Part shown: positions 52,532 to 64,000 of the stretch, piece by piece | Layout of the letters: every line of letters starts with the position of its first letter | Position numbering within the stretch: the stretch's first letter is position 1 | Source of the DNA: Octopus sinensis | Lineage: Eukaryota | Length of the DNA: 64,000 nucleotides | Direction of reading: 5' to 3' | Assembly (NCBI RefSeq): GCF_006345805.1 | Contig: NC_043007.1 | Location: 24,180,001 to 24,244,000 of the forward strand | Position numbers and translations under genes: made by a program | The notes under the pieces: generated by a model | What the model was told of the DNA's origin: nothing | The model's database searches: none | The model's input: the letters and a program-made list of their open reading frames with translations, nothing else

Positions 52532-52601
52532 CAACGACCAAACAACATAGGAGAAAAAGGAGAAGAGGTGGCGGCGTTTTGATCCAGTGGTTCGAGTACA
52601 T
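52532..52601 (-). CDS. Candidate first coding exon encoding a signal peptide or signal anchor
   Basis: ATG at 52601, MYSNHWIKTPPPLLLFLLCCLVV, then G|GTAAGT phase-1 donor; CpG-rich, SINE-free context. No homology recognised. Confidence 0.45.
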
Positions 52602-52689
52602 CCAGAGATTAATAGGAAAGAGGCGTGAGAGAGAAAGGAGTAGGCAGGGTGACTCCTTCTCTCTCACGTCGGTTCGTTACAAGAAGTAG

Positions 52690-52800
52690 TTCTGGCAGAA
52701 ATGTCACTGGTGGCGGGAGCACTCCTGCTAAATGGAATAGCAGCAGCACACGGGGAGGCATCATTGGTCGACGGATTGGTTACGCGGAAACATATGATAT
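52690..52800 (-). promoter_or_regulatory. Candidate promoter with two CCAAT boxes
   Basis: ATTGG at 52763-52767 and 52775-52779 (CCAAT on minus), upstream of the candidate exon, CpG-rich. Confidence 0.4.
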
Positions 52801-52839
52801 CTTTCACTCGCAAGCTTATCGAGTTACATCATTTATTTA

Positions 52840-53315
<476 letters not shown>

Positions 53316-54130
53316 TATTTATTAGTTTATATTTTATTTTTTGGGGTTCTTCAGAAAGAGAAAATTTGGAAATAGGAAAGAAAAAAAAATAGAATGAATG
53401 GAAAGAAAAAGAAAGAAATGTAAAGAAAAACACAGAAGTGAAAACAGAAAGAAAGAGAAATGGAAGAAAATAGAATGAAAGGGAAAGGAAAAAGAGAAGG
53501 AAATAAAAAGAAAAATAAGAAATAAATAGAAATAAATGAGAAAAAAAGGAAAATAGAATGAAAGAAGAATGTAAAAGAGGAGGAAATAGAGAGAAAATAG
53601 GGGAAAGACAGAAAGAAAATGGGAGGAAAGAGAAGGAAAGGTGAAGAGGAGGAAAAACAAAGAAAGGGGGAAATAAGGAGAAATACTGGGAAAAGATAGA
53701 AAGAGAAAAGGAAGAAAGTAAGATATATATATTTTTTTTTTTTTTATCTATCAGAATTGACCTATCTTCAAAAGAGAACACCTGTGCCAGGTATTATCAG
53801 GACAGCTGTTGATAATAAGCAAAGCTAAGGGAATCCAAAGACACAATATTCAGCAAAATGAGAATGCTAGGAGCGAAATAATTATGAGGTGTCTGCTTTC
53901 AGTGAAACTTAATATTTCTCTTTTACTCTTTTACTTGTTTCAGTCATTTGACTGCGGCCATGCTGGAGCACCGCCTTTAGTTGAGCAACTCGACCCCGGG
54001 ACTTATTCTTTTTGTAAGCCCAGTACTTATTCTATCGGTCTCTTTTTGCCGAACCGCTAAGTGACGGGGACCGTAAACACACCAGCATCAGTTGTCAAGC
54101 AATGCTAGGGGAACAAACACAGACACACAA

Positions 54131-54204
<74 letters not shown>

Positions 54205-55555
54205 TACGACAGGCTTCTTTCAGTTTCCGTCTACCAAATCCACTTAGAAGGCTTTGGTCGGCCCGAGGCTCTAGTAGAAGACACTTGCCCAAGGTGCCAC
54301 GCAGTGGGACTGAACCCGGAACCATGTGGTTGGTTAGCAAGCTACTTACCACACAGCCACCCCTGCGCCAATATGCAAGGAAAAGAAAAATAAATCCTAC
54401 AAAAGGATGAAAGATACTTAAAAAATATTTTTTAAATAATATTTTTACACATGCAAAACTCATTTATGAGGTTTGATTAAATGTACATAGAGAATAGAAT
54501 GAATTATAAAGGAGTGGCTGTGTGGTAAGTAGCTTGTTTACCAACCACATGGTTCCGGGTTCAGTCCCACTGTGAGGCACCTTGGGCAAGTGTCTTCTAC
54601 TATAGCCTCGGGCCGACCAAAGCCTTGTGAGTGGATTTGGTAGACGGAAACTGAAAGAAGCCCGTCGTATATATGTATATATATATATATATATACATAT
54701 ATTGGCCTGCTCGCTTAGCCAGCGGGGTAGCGTCATTCGAAGGCTAAAACAATGCGAATGCATTGTGACCAGCGATGTGTAACTACATCTGATGGACTGG
54801 TCGGTCACGTGATGGTGATGATATATATATATATGTGTGTGTGTGTTTGTGTGTCTGTGTTTGTCCCCCTGGCATTGCTTGACAACCAATGCTGGTGTGT
54901 TTATGTCTCCGTTACTTAGTGGTTCAGCAAAAAGAGACCGATAGAATAAGTACTGGGCTTACAAAAGAATAAGTCCTGAGGTCGAGTTGCACGATTAAAG
55001 GTGGTGCTCCAGCATGGCCGCAGTCAAATGACTGAAACAAGTAAAAGAGTACCAAATTATTTTTTTTATATTCTGACTTTATTTTCCTAATTTGTGTATA
55101 TTGTACAAATATTTAATGTTTGTTCATGCAAAACATAGAATCACACAGAATATGGGACTTGACTATACAGTGTAGAAGAATATACATTTTCATAGGACTT
55201 TGAACTTTGAACTCTTTTATTTCTCAGTGATGACCGAACCCTTTTCTTATTTCTTTCATCCTACTTCCTAAAATTGACATCTTTGAAAGGTCACCAGCCT
55301 TTGAGAGAAAATGTGTTTATTTACAAATATGTTGATAGGTATACAATGGAAAGAAAAGAGAAAGAAAGAAAAAAGCAAAATGCTTTGTAGTGAAATTTCA
55401 ATGAATTGACCACATCAAATTAAAAAGAAACTTCTCTCCCCCCTCTCTCTCTCTTTCTCTCTCTATCTATCTATCTGTTTGTCTATCAATCTATCTGTCT
55501 ATCTATCTATTATCTATCTATCCATCTATCTATCTATCTATCTATTATCTATCTA

Positions 55556-55607
<52 letters not shown>

Positions 55608-55970
55608 TTTATCCTTTCCCCCTTCTTTATTATTATTTTTTCCTCTTCTTTCTTGATTGTTCTGAAACCTCTCTCTATCTATTCCCTACACCCTGCTTTG
55701 CTTTTCTCTCCCCTCCCCCCAACAAAAATAAACAAAAGCAATATTCTACTCTTTTAAACAAAGCAAAAAGATAAAAAAAAACAACATATGATTCATATAA
55801 AGGAACAATGAAACGTTCTGTTTTTACTATTTTGATTTTGATTTTGTCTTGACCAGTTCCAAAAGCAAACAAAAGCGCTAATAAAGGATTATCCAAAATT
55901 CTGACTGCTGCCTTTTTCTCAATATACGATATCTGTACACCACTTCAAACACTCTATGCATACACACACA

Positions 55971-56015
<45 letters not shown>

Positions 56016-56039
56016 CACATACACATATATATATTTTTT

Positions 56040-56342
56040 TGCTGTTTGTTCCTTCTCGAGCCATGCCTGGCTCATAAGGGCCGGTTTCCCAGTTTCCTTG
56101 CCGTATAGGTTCCCCACCTGGATGGGGCGCCAGTCCATCGCAGGTGAGCTGCAAGATGCAGGAGGAAAGAGTGAGAGAAAGTTGTGGTAAAAGAGTCAGC
56201 AGAAGTTCGCCATTACCTTCTGCCGGAGCCGCGTGGAGCTTAGGTGTTTCACTCATAAACACACACATCGCCCAGTCTGAGATTCGAACCCACGATACCT
56301 CGATTACGAGTCTGCTGCTCTAACCACTAGGTTATGTGCCTC
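56040..56342 (-). mobile_element. Full tRNA-headed SINE (family F/E-type tail)
   Basis: Minus strand GGCACATAACCTAGTGGTTAGAGC...GGGTTCGAATCTC head; tail GGCTCGAGAAGGAACAAAC; partial relative at 18460-18650. Confidence 0.75.
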
Positions 56343-56684
56343 CATTTATACATATATATATATATTTCATGTTGCTCCTGTCTACTCAGCTGGCAAAAAT
56401 GAGTTGTACCTGTAATTCAAAGGGCCAGCCTCACCACATTATCATGCTGAATCTCCCTGAGAACTACATTAAGGGTACACATGTCTGCAGAATACTCAGC
56501 CACTTGTGCGTTAATTTCATGAGCTGGGTGTTCCATTGATCGAATCAACCGGAGTCCTTGTTGTCATAACCAACCGAGTAGCAAAAGTAACACACACACA
56601 CACACACGCACGCACACCACACACACACACACACACACCACACACACACACACACAAACACAAACACACACACACATATATATA

Positions 56685-57255
56685 CTAGCAGTATAACCTG
56701 GCTTTGCCCAGGATTAAGTTAGGATTATTAAGCTAATGAAGTTTTTTATCTCAAACCAAACTAAGTAACATTGACATCAAATTTGGGCGAAATCCGTCGA
56801 AATTGGTTTATATATATATATATGGGCAACGCACACACTCACATACACACACATACATACATACACCTGCTGCATACATGTTTTTTATATGTATACATGT
56901 TCGTGTGTGTGTTGCCTGTATATCAACAAAGCACTTTTTCCTCGATGGAAAAAAAGCAACAAAAGTCTTAACAAAAACTTACTCATTGCTAGAAGGGGAC
57001 TTAACTCCTGTTTGCAAGCAATAGTGATTTCTCAGACTTGAAAATTGTTAAAAGTTTTGGTTGAAAGTTTATTTTTACTGCTATTCGCTGGTACCTCGGG
57101 AAAAATAAGTTGACGAAAATACAGCTAGGGTCATGACGAATGTCATCCTAAAATTGGAGCGACATGCGTGCTAATTTGTGAACGTGCATAAATTACATTC
57201 ACGTACACACGCGCACACACACATACACACACATCCTGCTTTTTATATATACAGA
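56685..57255 (-). mobile_element. Non-autonomous Helitron, second family
   Basis: Minus strand A|TCTGTATATATAAAA 5' end; 3' hairpin CCTGGGCAAAGCCAGG followed by CTAG|T; internal microsatellites. Confidence 0.7.
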
Positions 57256-57538
57256 TGCATGTATGTATGCATGTGTTTGTATATGTTTGTGTGTGTTTAC
57301 TGTCACTTCACATGATATTTGTAAATGAGTGTCACTTACCATGCAAGCAGTATCATTAATTTCCAGTATTTTGCAAAATCCTGTTTGGCTGCCGCGAAAT
57401 ATTACCTGGCTTGGAAAACAAGTGGGGGTGGTTGGTGGCAGGAAGAGCACCCAACCATAAAAAAAAATCTACTTCCACGAACTCAACCCGACCGAAACAA
57501 GAATGAAAAGGATGGGCATTAAATGATGATGACGATGA

Positions 57539-57572
<34 letters not shown>

Positions 57573-58600
57573 GATGACATTCCTGCACACACAATTATAA
57601 CATTTCTTTGTAGATAAAAAAAAAAAATTGGGGTTTATGCTTTCGTTTCCTGTATACCCTATGAAACTACAAAATCCTCACCTGTTCTGTCAAATGATAG
57701 AAACCTATGAATGCAAAAAAGCACAGTTTCACATTGATTTTCCCATTAATATTTATTTATCTTTGTTTTCATTGATACTCTTTTCATCAACTTTTCCCTT
57801 CTTGGAAATTTTCCAAATCACCCCTTGTTTTATACCATGAGTTGGTTACTTTTAAAAAAAAAAAATTTCCTTTCATATTGAAAGCCAATGGTATTACATT
57901 ATGATAATGTTGTTTTTGTGGCTCTTCCACTCACCACCCTCAACAGTTTTTTTTGTTTTTTTATTTAAATAAGCAGCCATTTTCTTTTTTTTTTTCTGTT
58001 CCAGATGTTCTCTTTCATCTATTTTTATCTTTTATTCTTGACTTGTTTCAGTCACTGGACTGCGGCTATGCAGGGACAACAGCTTGAAAGGTTTGCTTGA
58101 ATAAATCGATCCAGTACCTACTTTTAAAGTCTGGTACTTAATCTTTTCTTTTCTTTTGTCAAACCGCTAAGTAACAAAAAATGTTTACAAACCAACACTG
58201 GTTGTCAGGCAGTGGGGGTAGGCACAGACACAAAGACATGCACACATACACACACATGCGCATGCACACATACCCACATGCATACACACACATGTGCACG
58301 CACGCATACTCACATGCATACATATATGTAAACCTCTAAATTCAACAGCTGAGGTTGAACACTAATTGTACACACAAAATATACTATATACTATATATAT
58401 ATGTAATATATGTATGTATATATACACAATCAATAGATGAGAGCTAGATATCTTCCATAGAGAAAACACATAGTAGTGGTCAAATGAATTCAGCTCCGAA
58501 TTCCTCATCCAGGACTAGGCCCACACCTGCAGTGTGGCTATAAGAGAAATCCATGTAGATATATGTGGGTGTGTGTGTGTATGCATATGTATATGTATAT

Positions 58601-58636
<36 letters not shown>

Positions 58637-58927
58637 CTTATTATATTATATTAAACTTTTTAATACTTTTTGATAGTTATTTAAAAAAAAATTAAAGTTT
58701 AATAATTTAAAACTTTAAAATTATTTTTTAAAAAATTAAATATAAAAAAATAAAAATTATAAATATAAATTTAAAATTTTAATTTAGATAATTTTAAATT
58801 TTGAATTTTATATTTTATATATTTTGTATATTATATTAATTAAATTTATTTTTATGTTTTGGTTTATGTTTTTCACTGTTTGATTTGCCAAAAAATTGGT
58901 TTTATATCTAATTTAATTTATATATAT

Positions 58928-58958
<31 letters not shown>

Positions 58959-59019
58959 TATAAATAGATAGATAGATAGATTATGTATGTGTGTGTAAAC
59001 ACACACCATCATTAAAGTA

Positions 59020-59482
59020 AACGGCAACCAAAATCCTTGAAAAGGATTTTAAACCCAGCTAAACTGCACTCACATCAACCACAAACCAGCAGTTAGAAAA
59101 TGTGGAAGGCCCAACTGCGGAATCTGTGTCATCTTGATAGAAGGTTCAGAATTTATACAGAACAAGGCCATCAGTTCACCATTAGAGGCAAACTTCACCT
59201 GCGCATCAGAAAACTTAATTTACGTCTTAACATGTGCAGGCAGTAGGCAGTATATAGGCCATACAAAAAATAGCTTACGTAACAGGATGGCGGTGCATAA
59301 ATCACAAATTAGAAACCCTGAATACCGAAAAATACCGGTCAGCGGACACATAGATAGATGTGCTGGAATGTAAATCCGAAATTTACAACTTACCCGCTTT
59401 ATAAATTCAGTGACAGCGTAACCTTCACGCAACGCCAAATAAAGAACTGTATTTCATCAAAAAATTTAGACCAATTTGAACA
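59020..59482 (+). pseudogene. Penelope-like element Zn-finger linker plus GIY-YIG endonuclease (frameshifted)
   Basis: KRQPKSLKRIL / KCGRPNCGIC / FTCASENLIYVLTCAGSRQYIGHTKNSLRNRMAVHKSQIR...VSGH / ELYFIKKFRPNLN-like end. Confidence 0.88.
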
Positions 59483-59743
59483 CCCTGGGCCAGGAATATT
59501 AAAACAATACATTGGTCCTCCAAAAAGGAGAAGTGAAATTCTACCACGGCCGCTGCCTTAAACAGTCACTCACACTGACAAGATATGTCTTAGGAAAGAA
59601 ACAAATTATAAAAGATATCTACGAGCAGATCTAATCCTGATTCGTCAAGAAACTGATGACGTATTACCTCAGTGGGGCAAGCTATTGTCACCCTGCTTGG
59701 TCGGTTTCCACACACGATACAGCTAAGGTCAGACCCGATTCTG

Positions 59744-60062
59744 ATTGGTCAAAACATTGATGACGTCTCGTTCGCTGGACTAGCCACCTACGGGATTATT
59801 GGTCAAAACATTGATGACGTCTCGTTCCGCTGGACTAGCCACCTAACAGGACAGTCATATGTCAGATCTATACAGCTATAGGTCAGACCGATTCTGATTG
59901 GTCAAAACATTGATGATGTCTCGTTCTGCTGGACTAGCCACCTAACGGGATGATTGGTCAAAACATTGATGACGTCCCGTTCTGCTGGACTATCTACCTA
60001 ACGAGATGATTGGTCAAAACATTGATGACGTCTCGTTCCGCTGGACTAGCCACCTAACAGGA
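59744..60062 (+). repeat. Five ~56-bp units, each with ATTGG and a TGA(C/T)GTC motif, in the Penelope 3' region
   Basis: ATTGGTCAAAACATTGATGA at 59744, 59798, 59897, 59953 and 60009. Confidence 0.9.
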
Positions 60063-60551
60063 TACAGTCATGGATCAGATCTAATTTCAATCCGTCAAAA
60101 ACAAGGATGACGTATTTCTTCCATGGCCAAACTGTCGTTCTGCTTGGTTGGTTTCCTAACAGGATATATTCGTTGAGACTGAGTTTTGATTGGTTGGTAA
60201 CTATATGACGTCAGTGAAAAATGCAAGTGAGACAGCTAAGCTGAGCGATATAAACCCAAACAATTCACAAAATTCACCAAAACTATACGAACACACACAA
60301 CCAAAATCATTACAGTTGCTCCCATTGGAACACAAGGTAAAATCTAAAATGAATTCCTCGCTTTTTCAAGAACATGAATTTTTTATATTTGACTCTATTG
60401 AATGCATATCATCACTATGAACTACTACATCATACTCTTTAAACAAATAGCATGGACTCGCTTTACTATATATGAATTTTTTATGTTGACTCTATAGAAT
60501 ATTATATATGAATTTTATATTGATAGCATGAACTATCTTTTTTTATATATA

Positions 60552-60600
60552 TTTTTTTTTGATAAGGTCGTCATTCAAGAACCGAAACATGTAAATAAAT
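60552..60600 (+). ncRNA. Minimal hammerhead motif with U3-A8 core in the putative pLTR
   Basis: TTGATAA-GGT..ACC-GAA-AC-AT-GT-A; palindromic ACATGT, GUA site, weak A/U stem I. Confidence 0.6.
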
Positions 60601-60712
60601 AATGTATATATAAAAATTAAAATTTGTCTAATATGCAGCATTTTCAAACTTCATTTTTTACAAATATATACCCACTCGTATACGAGCTAATCTTATTATA
60701 AATATATATATA

Positions 60713-60744
<32 letters not shown>

Positions 60745-60757
<13 letters not shown>

Positions 60758-60886
60758 TGGATTTAACGCAGGTATAATCAAATACTTGTAATTCCTTTGG
60801 ATTAATATCAGTGACATCTTCGAAACATGTGTCTGAAGTAAAAGTATTGAATTATACCTGTGTTAAACTCCATTTATTTATTTATA
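60745..60886. repeat. ~45-bp imperfect inverted repeat (MITE-like or long hammerhead stem I)
   Basis: ATAAATAAATAATGGATTTAACGCAGGTATAAT vs ATTATACCTGTGTTAAACTCCATTTATTATTTAT. Confidence 0.65.
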
Positions 60887-61036
60887 TATTATACAAAAAT
60901 TCCACATAAACTCAAGTTTCTACCTTTAAAAACAAGAGTTACAACCTCTTTACTTATGTGATTTTTTGCTACCCTGTAACTATTTCTTTATCTTTTCTGT
61001 GTTAATTGTTAACAAGGAAAAATACACACATCTATT

Positions 61037-62470
61037 TATCGTGGCCGTTCGCCAGCCTCATCTAGCACCTGTGTCGGTGGCACAAAAACACCATCCGAAG
61101 ACCCGGCAAGACTAGTCAGGCCATAACCCATGGCCCCTACCTGGGACGTAGTCAGTCACCTGTGCATACCTTCCTTCTTGTGACACTTGTGAAGACCTGT
61201 TGAGGCAAGTGAAAATCAAATCGAACAAATCAAAAGATGAACATCAATGGAATCTGTATCTTTGTGGTACCAGTGCCGGTGGCACCCATGAGAACCATCC
61301 GAACGTGGCCGTAGCCAGTTCCGCATCGACCGGCCTCCGTGCTGTGGGCACGTAACAAACACCATCCGATCATGGCCGTTCGCCAGCCTCATCTGGCACC
61401 TGTGTCGGTGCACATAAAAACACCTTCCGAAGACCCGCAAGACTAGTCAGTCCACCTGTGCATACCTTCCTTCCTTCTTGTGACACTTGTGAAGACCGTT
61501 TGAGGCAAGTGAAAATCAAATCAATCAAATCAATCAAAATAGACAAAATAGATGAACATCAATGGAATTTGTATCTTGTGGTACCAGTGCCTGTGGCACA
61601 CAAGAAATCCATCAGTGCCGTAGTCAGTGCGGTGGGCACATGACAAACACCATCCGATCGTGGCCGTTCGCCAGCCTCATCTAGCACCTGTGTCGGTGGC
61701 ACATAAAAACACCATCCGAAGACACCGCAAGACTAGTCAGGCCATAACCCATGGCCCCTACCTGGGACGTAGTCAGTCCACCTGTGCATACCTTCCTTCT
61801 TGTGAACTTGTGAAGACCTGTTGAGGCAAGTGAAAATCAAATCAAATCAAAACAAATCAAATAGATGAACATCAATGGAATTTGTATCTTTGTGGTACCG
61901 TGCCGGTGGCACGTGCACATAAGAAAACCATCCGAATGTGGCCGTAGCCAGTACCGCATCGACTGGCCTCCGTGCTGTGGGCACGTAACAAGCAACCATC
62001 CGATCGTGGCCATTTGCCAGCCTCATCTGGCACCTGTGTCGGTGGCACATAAAAACAACCATCCGAGCGTGGCCGTCTGCCAGCCTCGTCTGGCCCTGTG
62101 TCGGTGGCACATAAAAACACCATCCGAGCGTGGCCGTCTGCCAGCCTCGTCTGGCACCTGTGTCGGTGGCACATAAAAAACACCATCCGAGCGTGGCCGT
62201 CTGCCAGCCTCGTCTGGCACCTGTGTCGGTGGCACATAAAAAACACCATCCGAGCGTGGCCGTTTGTCAGCCTCGTCTGGCACCTGTGTCGGTGGCACAT
62301 AAAATCACCCACTACACTCTCGGAGTGGTTGCGTTAGGAAGTGCATCCAGCTGTAGAACACCGCCAGATCTGACTGGACTGGTGCAAGCTTTCGGGCTCC
62401 CCAGACCCCAGTTGAACCGTCCAACCCATGCTAGCATGGAAAGCGGACGTTAAATGATGATGATGATGAT
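61037..62470 (+). repeat. Higher-order tandem array of RTE 3'UTR segments ending in a normal tail
   Basis: Units start near 61037, 61369, 61657 and 62003, then ~62-bp subunits to 62300, then GGACGTTAAAT(GAT)n. Confidence 0.85.
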
Positions 62471-62526
62471 TTGATGATATATATATATATATATATAATA
62501 TATATATATATTATAATATATATATA

Positions 62527-62856
62527 TATGAAAGAAGGTTTGAAAATGCAATTTCAAAAGGTGTTTATTCACTTGACTGGTTTCACTTTTTTAAAAAAAG
62601 ATTGTCAAAAGTAAAATGTAAAAGCTTTGTAAACACTTTGTTGTGTTAAGTACTGGTTGTCACAAAATGTTACAATACATATATACATTCTTTGATAATA
62701 ATAAGAAAAATGTTAAAACAGTTTACAAAAGATTTTTCACAACAAAGTTTTTGCAAAGCTTTTACATTTTACTTTTGACAATCTTTTTCTTAAAAAGTGA
62801 AACTGGCCAAGTGAATGAACACCCTTTAAAATTGCATTTTCAAACCTTCTTTCATA
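62527..62856. mobile_element. Foldback MITE with 119-bp TIRs in a (TA)n tract
   Basis: 62527-62645 and 62738-62856 are ~90% reverse complementary. Confidence 0.85.
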
Positions 62857-64000
62857 TATATTTCCACTCATGCGGTATCTTACAACTTCACTTTGTTATA
62901 TATATATAAAAAGCACCATCCGTTCGTGGCCGTCTGCCAGACTCGTCTGCACCACCATCCGTTCATGGCCGTTGCCAGCGCCGCCCTGACTGGCCCCCGT
63001 GCCGGTGGCACGTAAAAGCACCATCTGTCCGTGGCCGTTTGCCAGCTCTGTCTGGCACCTGTGCGGGTGGCACGTAAAAACACCCACTACACTCACGAGT
63101 GGTTGCGTTAGGATGGCATCCCCGTAGAAACACTGCCAGAATCAGACTGGGCCTGAATGCAGCCTTCTGGCTTCACAGACCCCAGTTAAACCGTCCAACC
63201 CATGCTAGCATGGAAAGCGGACGCTAAACGATAATGATGAGGATGATGATATATATACATATATATACTATATATATATATATATATTATAATATATAAT
63301 ATATATTATATAAACATTATTAACCACATATACTTAACATATATTCATAATGTATTTACTGATAGGCTGCAATTCAGTATGGTGAAAAATACTCTCTCTA
63401 AGCATGTCATTGACAGTGACTTCAGATACTCGGCCACCTAACCCATTATCGGAGTATGATGCATTTGAGGTACTTTTACCAGGTTGTGTTGGTTTGAGTT
63501 GGGTGGTAATTAGGTTTCTATACAAAGATGTTGTGGGAAAATCTTTTTGATTAATTTTGGAGTTATGCTATTGTTTATAATTTATACATGCTTGTAGAAC
63601 TTAGTAAACAAGCCTGGAGGTGTTTCTCCTTTGTTAGGTAAGCACAAGGTGTGACAGTATTTTTGCTGTTTTTTGGCATTATTGGACTTACCTTTTATCT
63701 TTGACAAAGGTCAAAGAAACAAAGTCCAGTGTTTAACCCCTTAGTAATGAGGTGTGTCACCTTTTTTTACACAAAAGAATGTAGGTGGGTGGTAAATTTA
63801 GGCTGGTCCTTTTGTTTCACTTTTGTTGTTATTTAGAGGATTTCCTGTTTTCATTTGTGATGTCATGGCTTTGTTAATATGGAAAATGGTTTCTCTTGTG
63901 CTTTGGATGTCCACAAAAGTATTTCTGTACAGGTTGTATATTTATATGTTTCTCTGTAGGTGTTCATTGGATTAATATATAAGGATTTTAAAAGATTTTA

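Noticed and set aside
58600-58920. Extremely AT-rich 320-bp block
   Set aside because: Looks like a degraded (TA)n tract or low-quality consensus; no structure discernible.
59744-60062. CRISPR-like repeats
   Set aside because: Full-length tandem units without variable spacers.

Overview
AT-rich eukaryotic DNA made almost entirely of interspersed repeats and microsatellites. The repeat landscape resembles octopus (coleoid cephalopod) DNA; this is recognition, not a database result. No complete protein-coding gene is visible, and nearly all ORF-track entries are translated microsatellites or SINE/LINE-UTR noise. Supported content: several tRNA-headed SINE families, 3' and 5' fragments of RTE-clade LINEs, an R4/Dong RLE fragment in a TAA repeat, two Penelope-like GIY-YIG fragments, three non-autonomous Helitrons and several MITE/foldback elements. 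There is also a possible CpG-rich promoter and signal-peptide first exon on the minus strand at about 52.5-52.8 kb. The most notable observations are: (i) a set of minimal type I hammerhead ribozyme motifs, two carrying the compensatory U3-A8 core; (ii) a Helitron flanked by a perfect 130-bp direct duplication; (iii) a near-perfect 338-bp palindromic transposon with GG termini and an 8-bp TSD; (iv) an inverted hammerhead-bearing repeat pair that has captured 86 bp from a neighbouring SINE; (v) minisatellite arrays grown out of RTE 3'UTRs. Coordinates were read by eye; repeat boundaries are approximate unless exact junctions are quoted.
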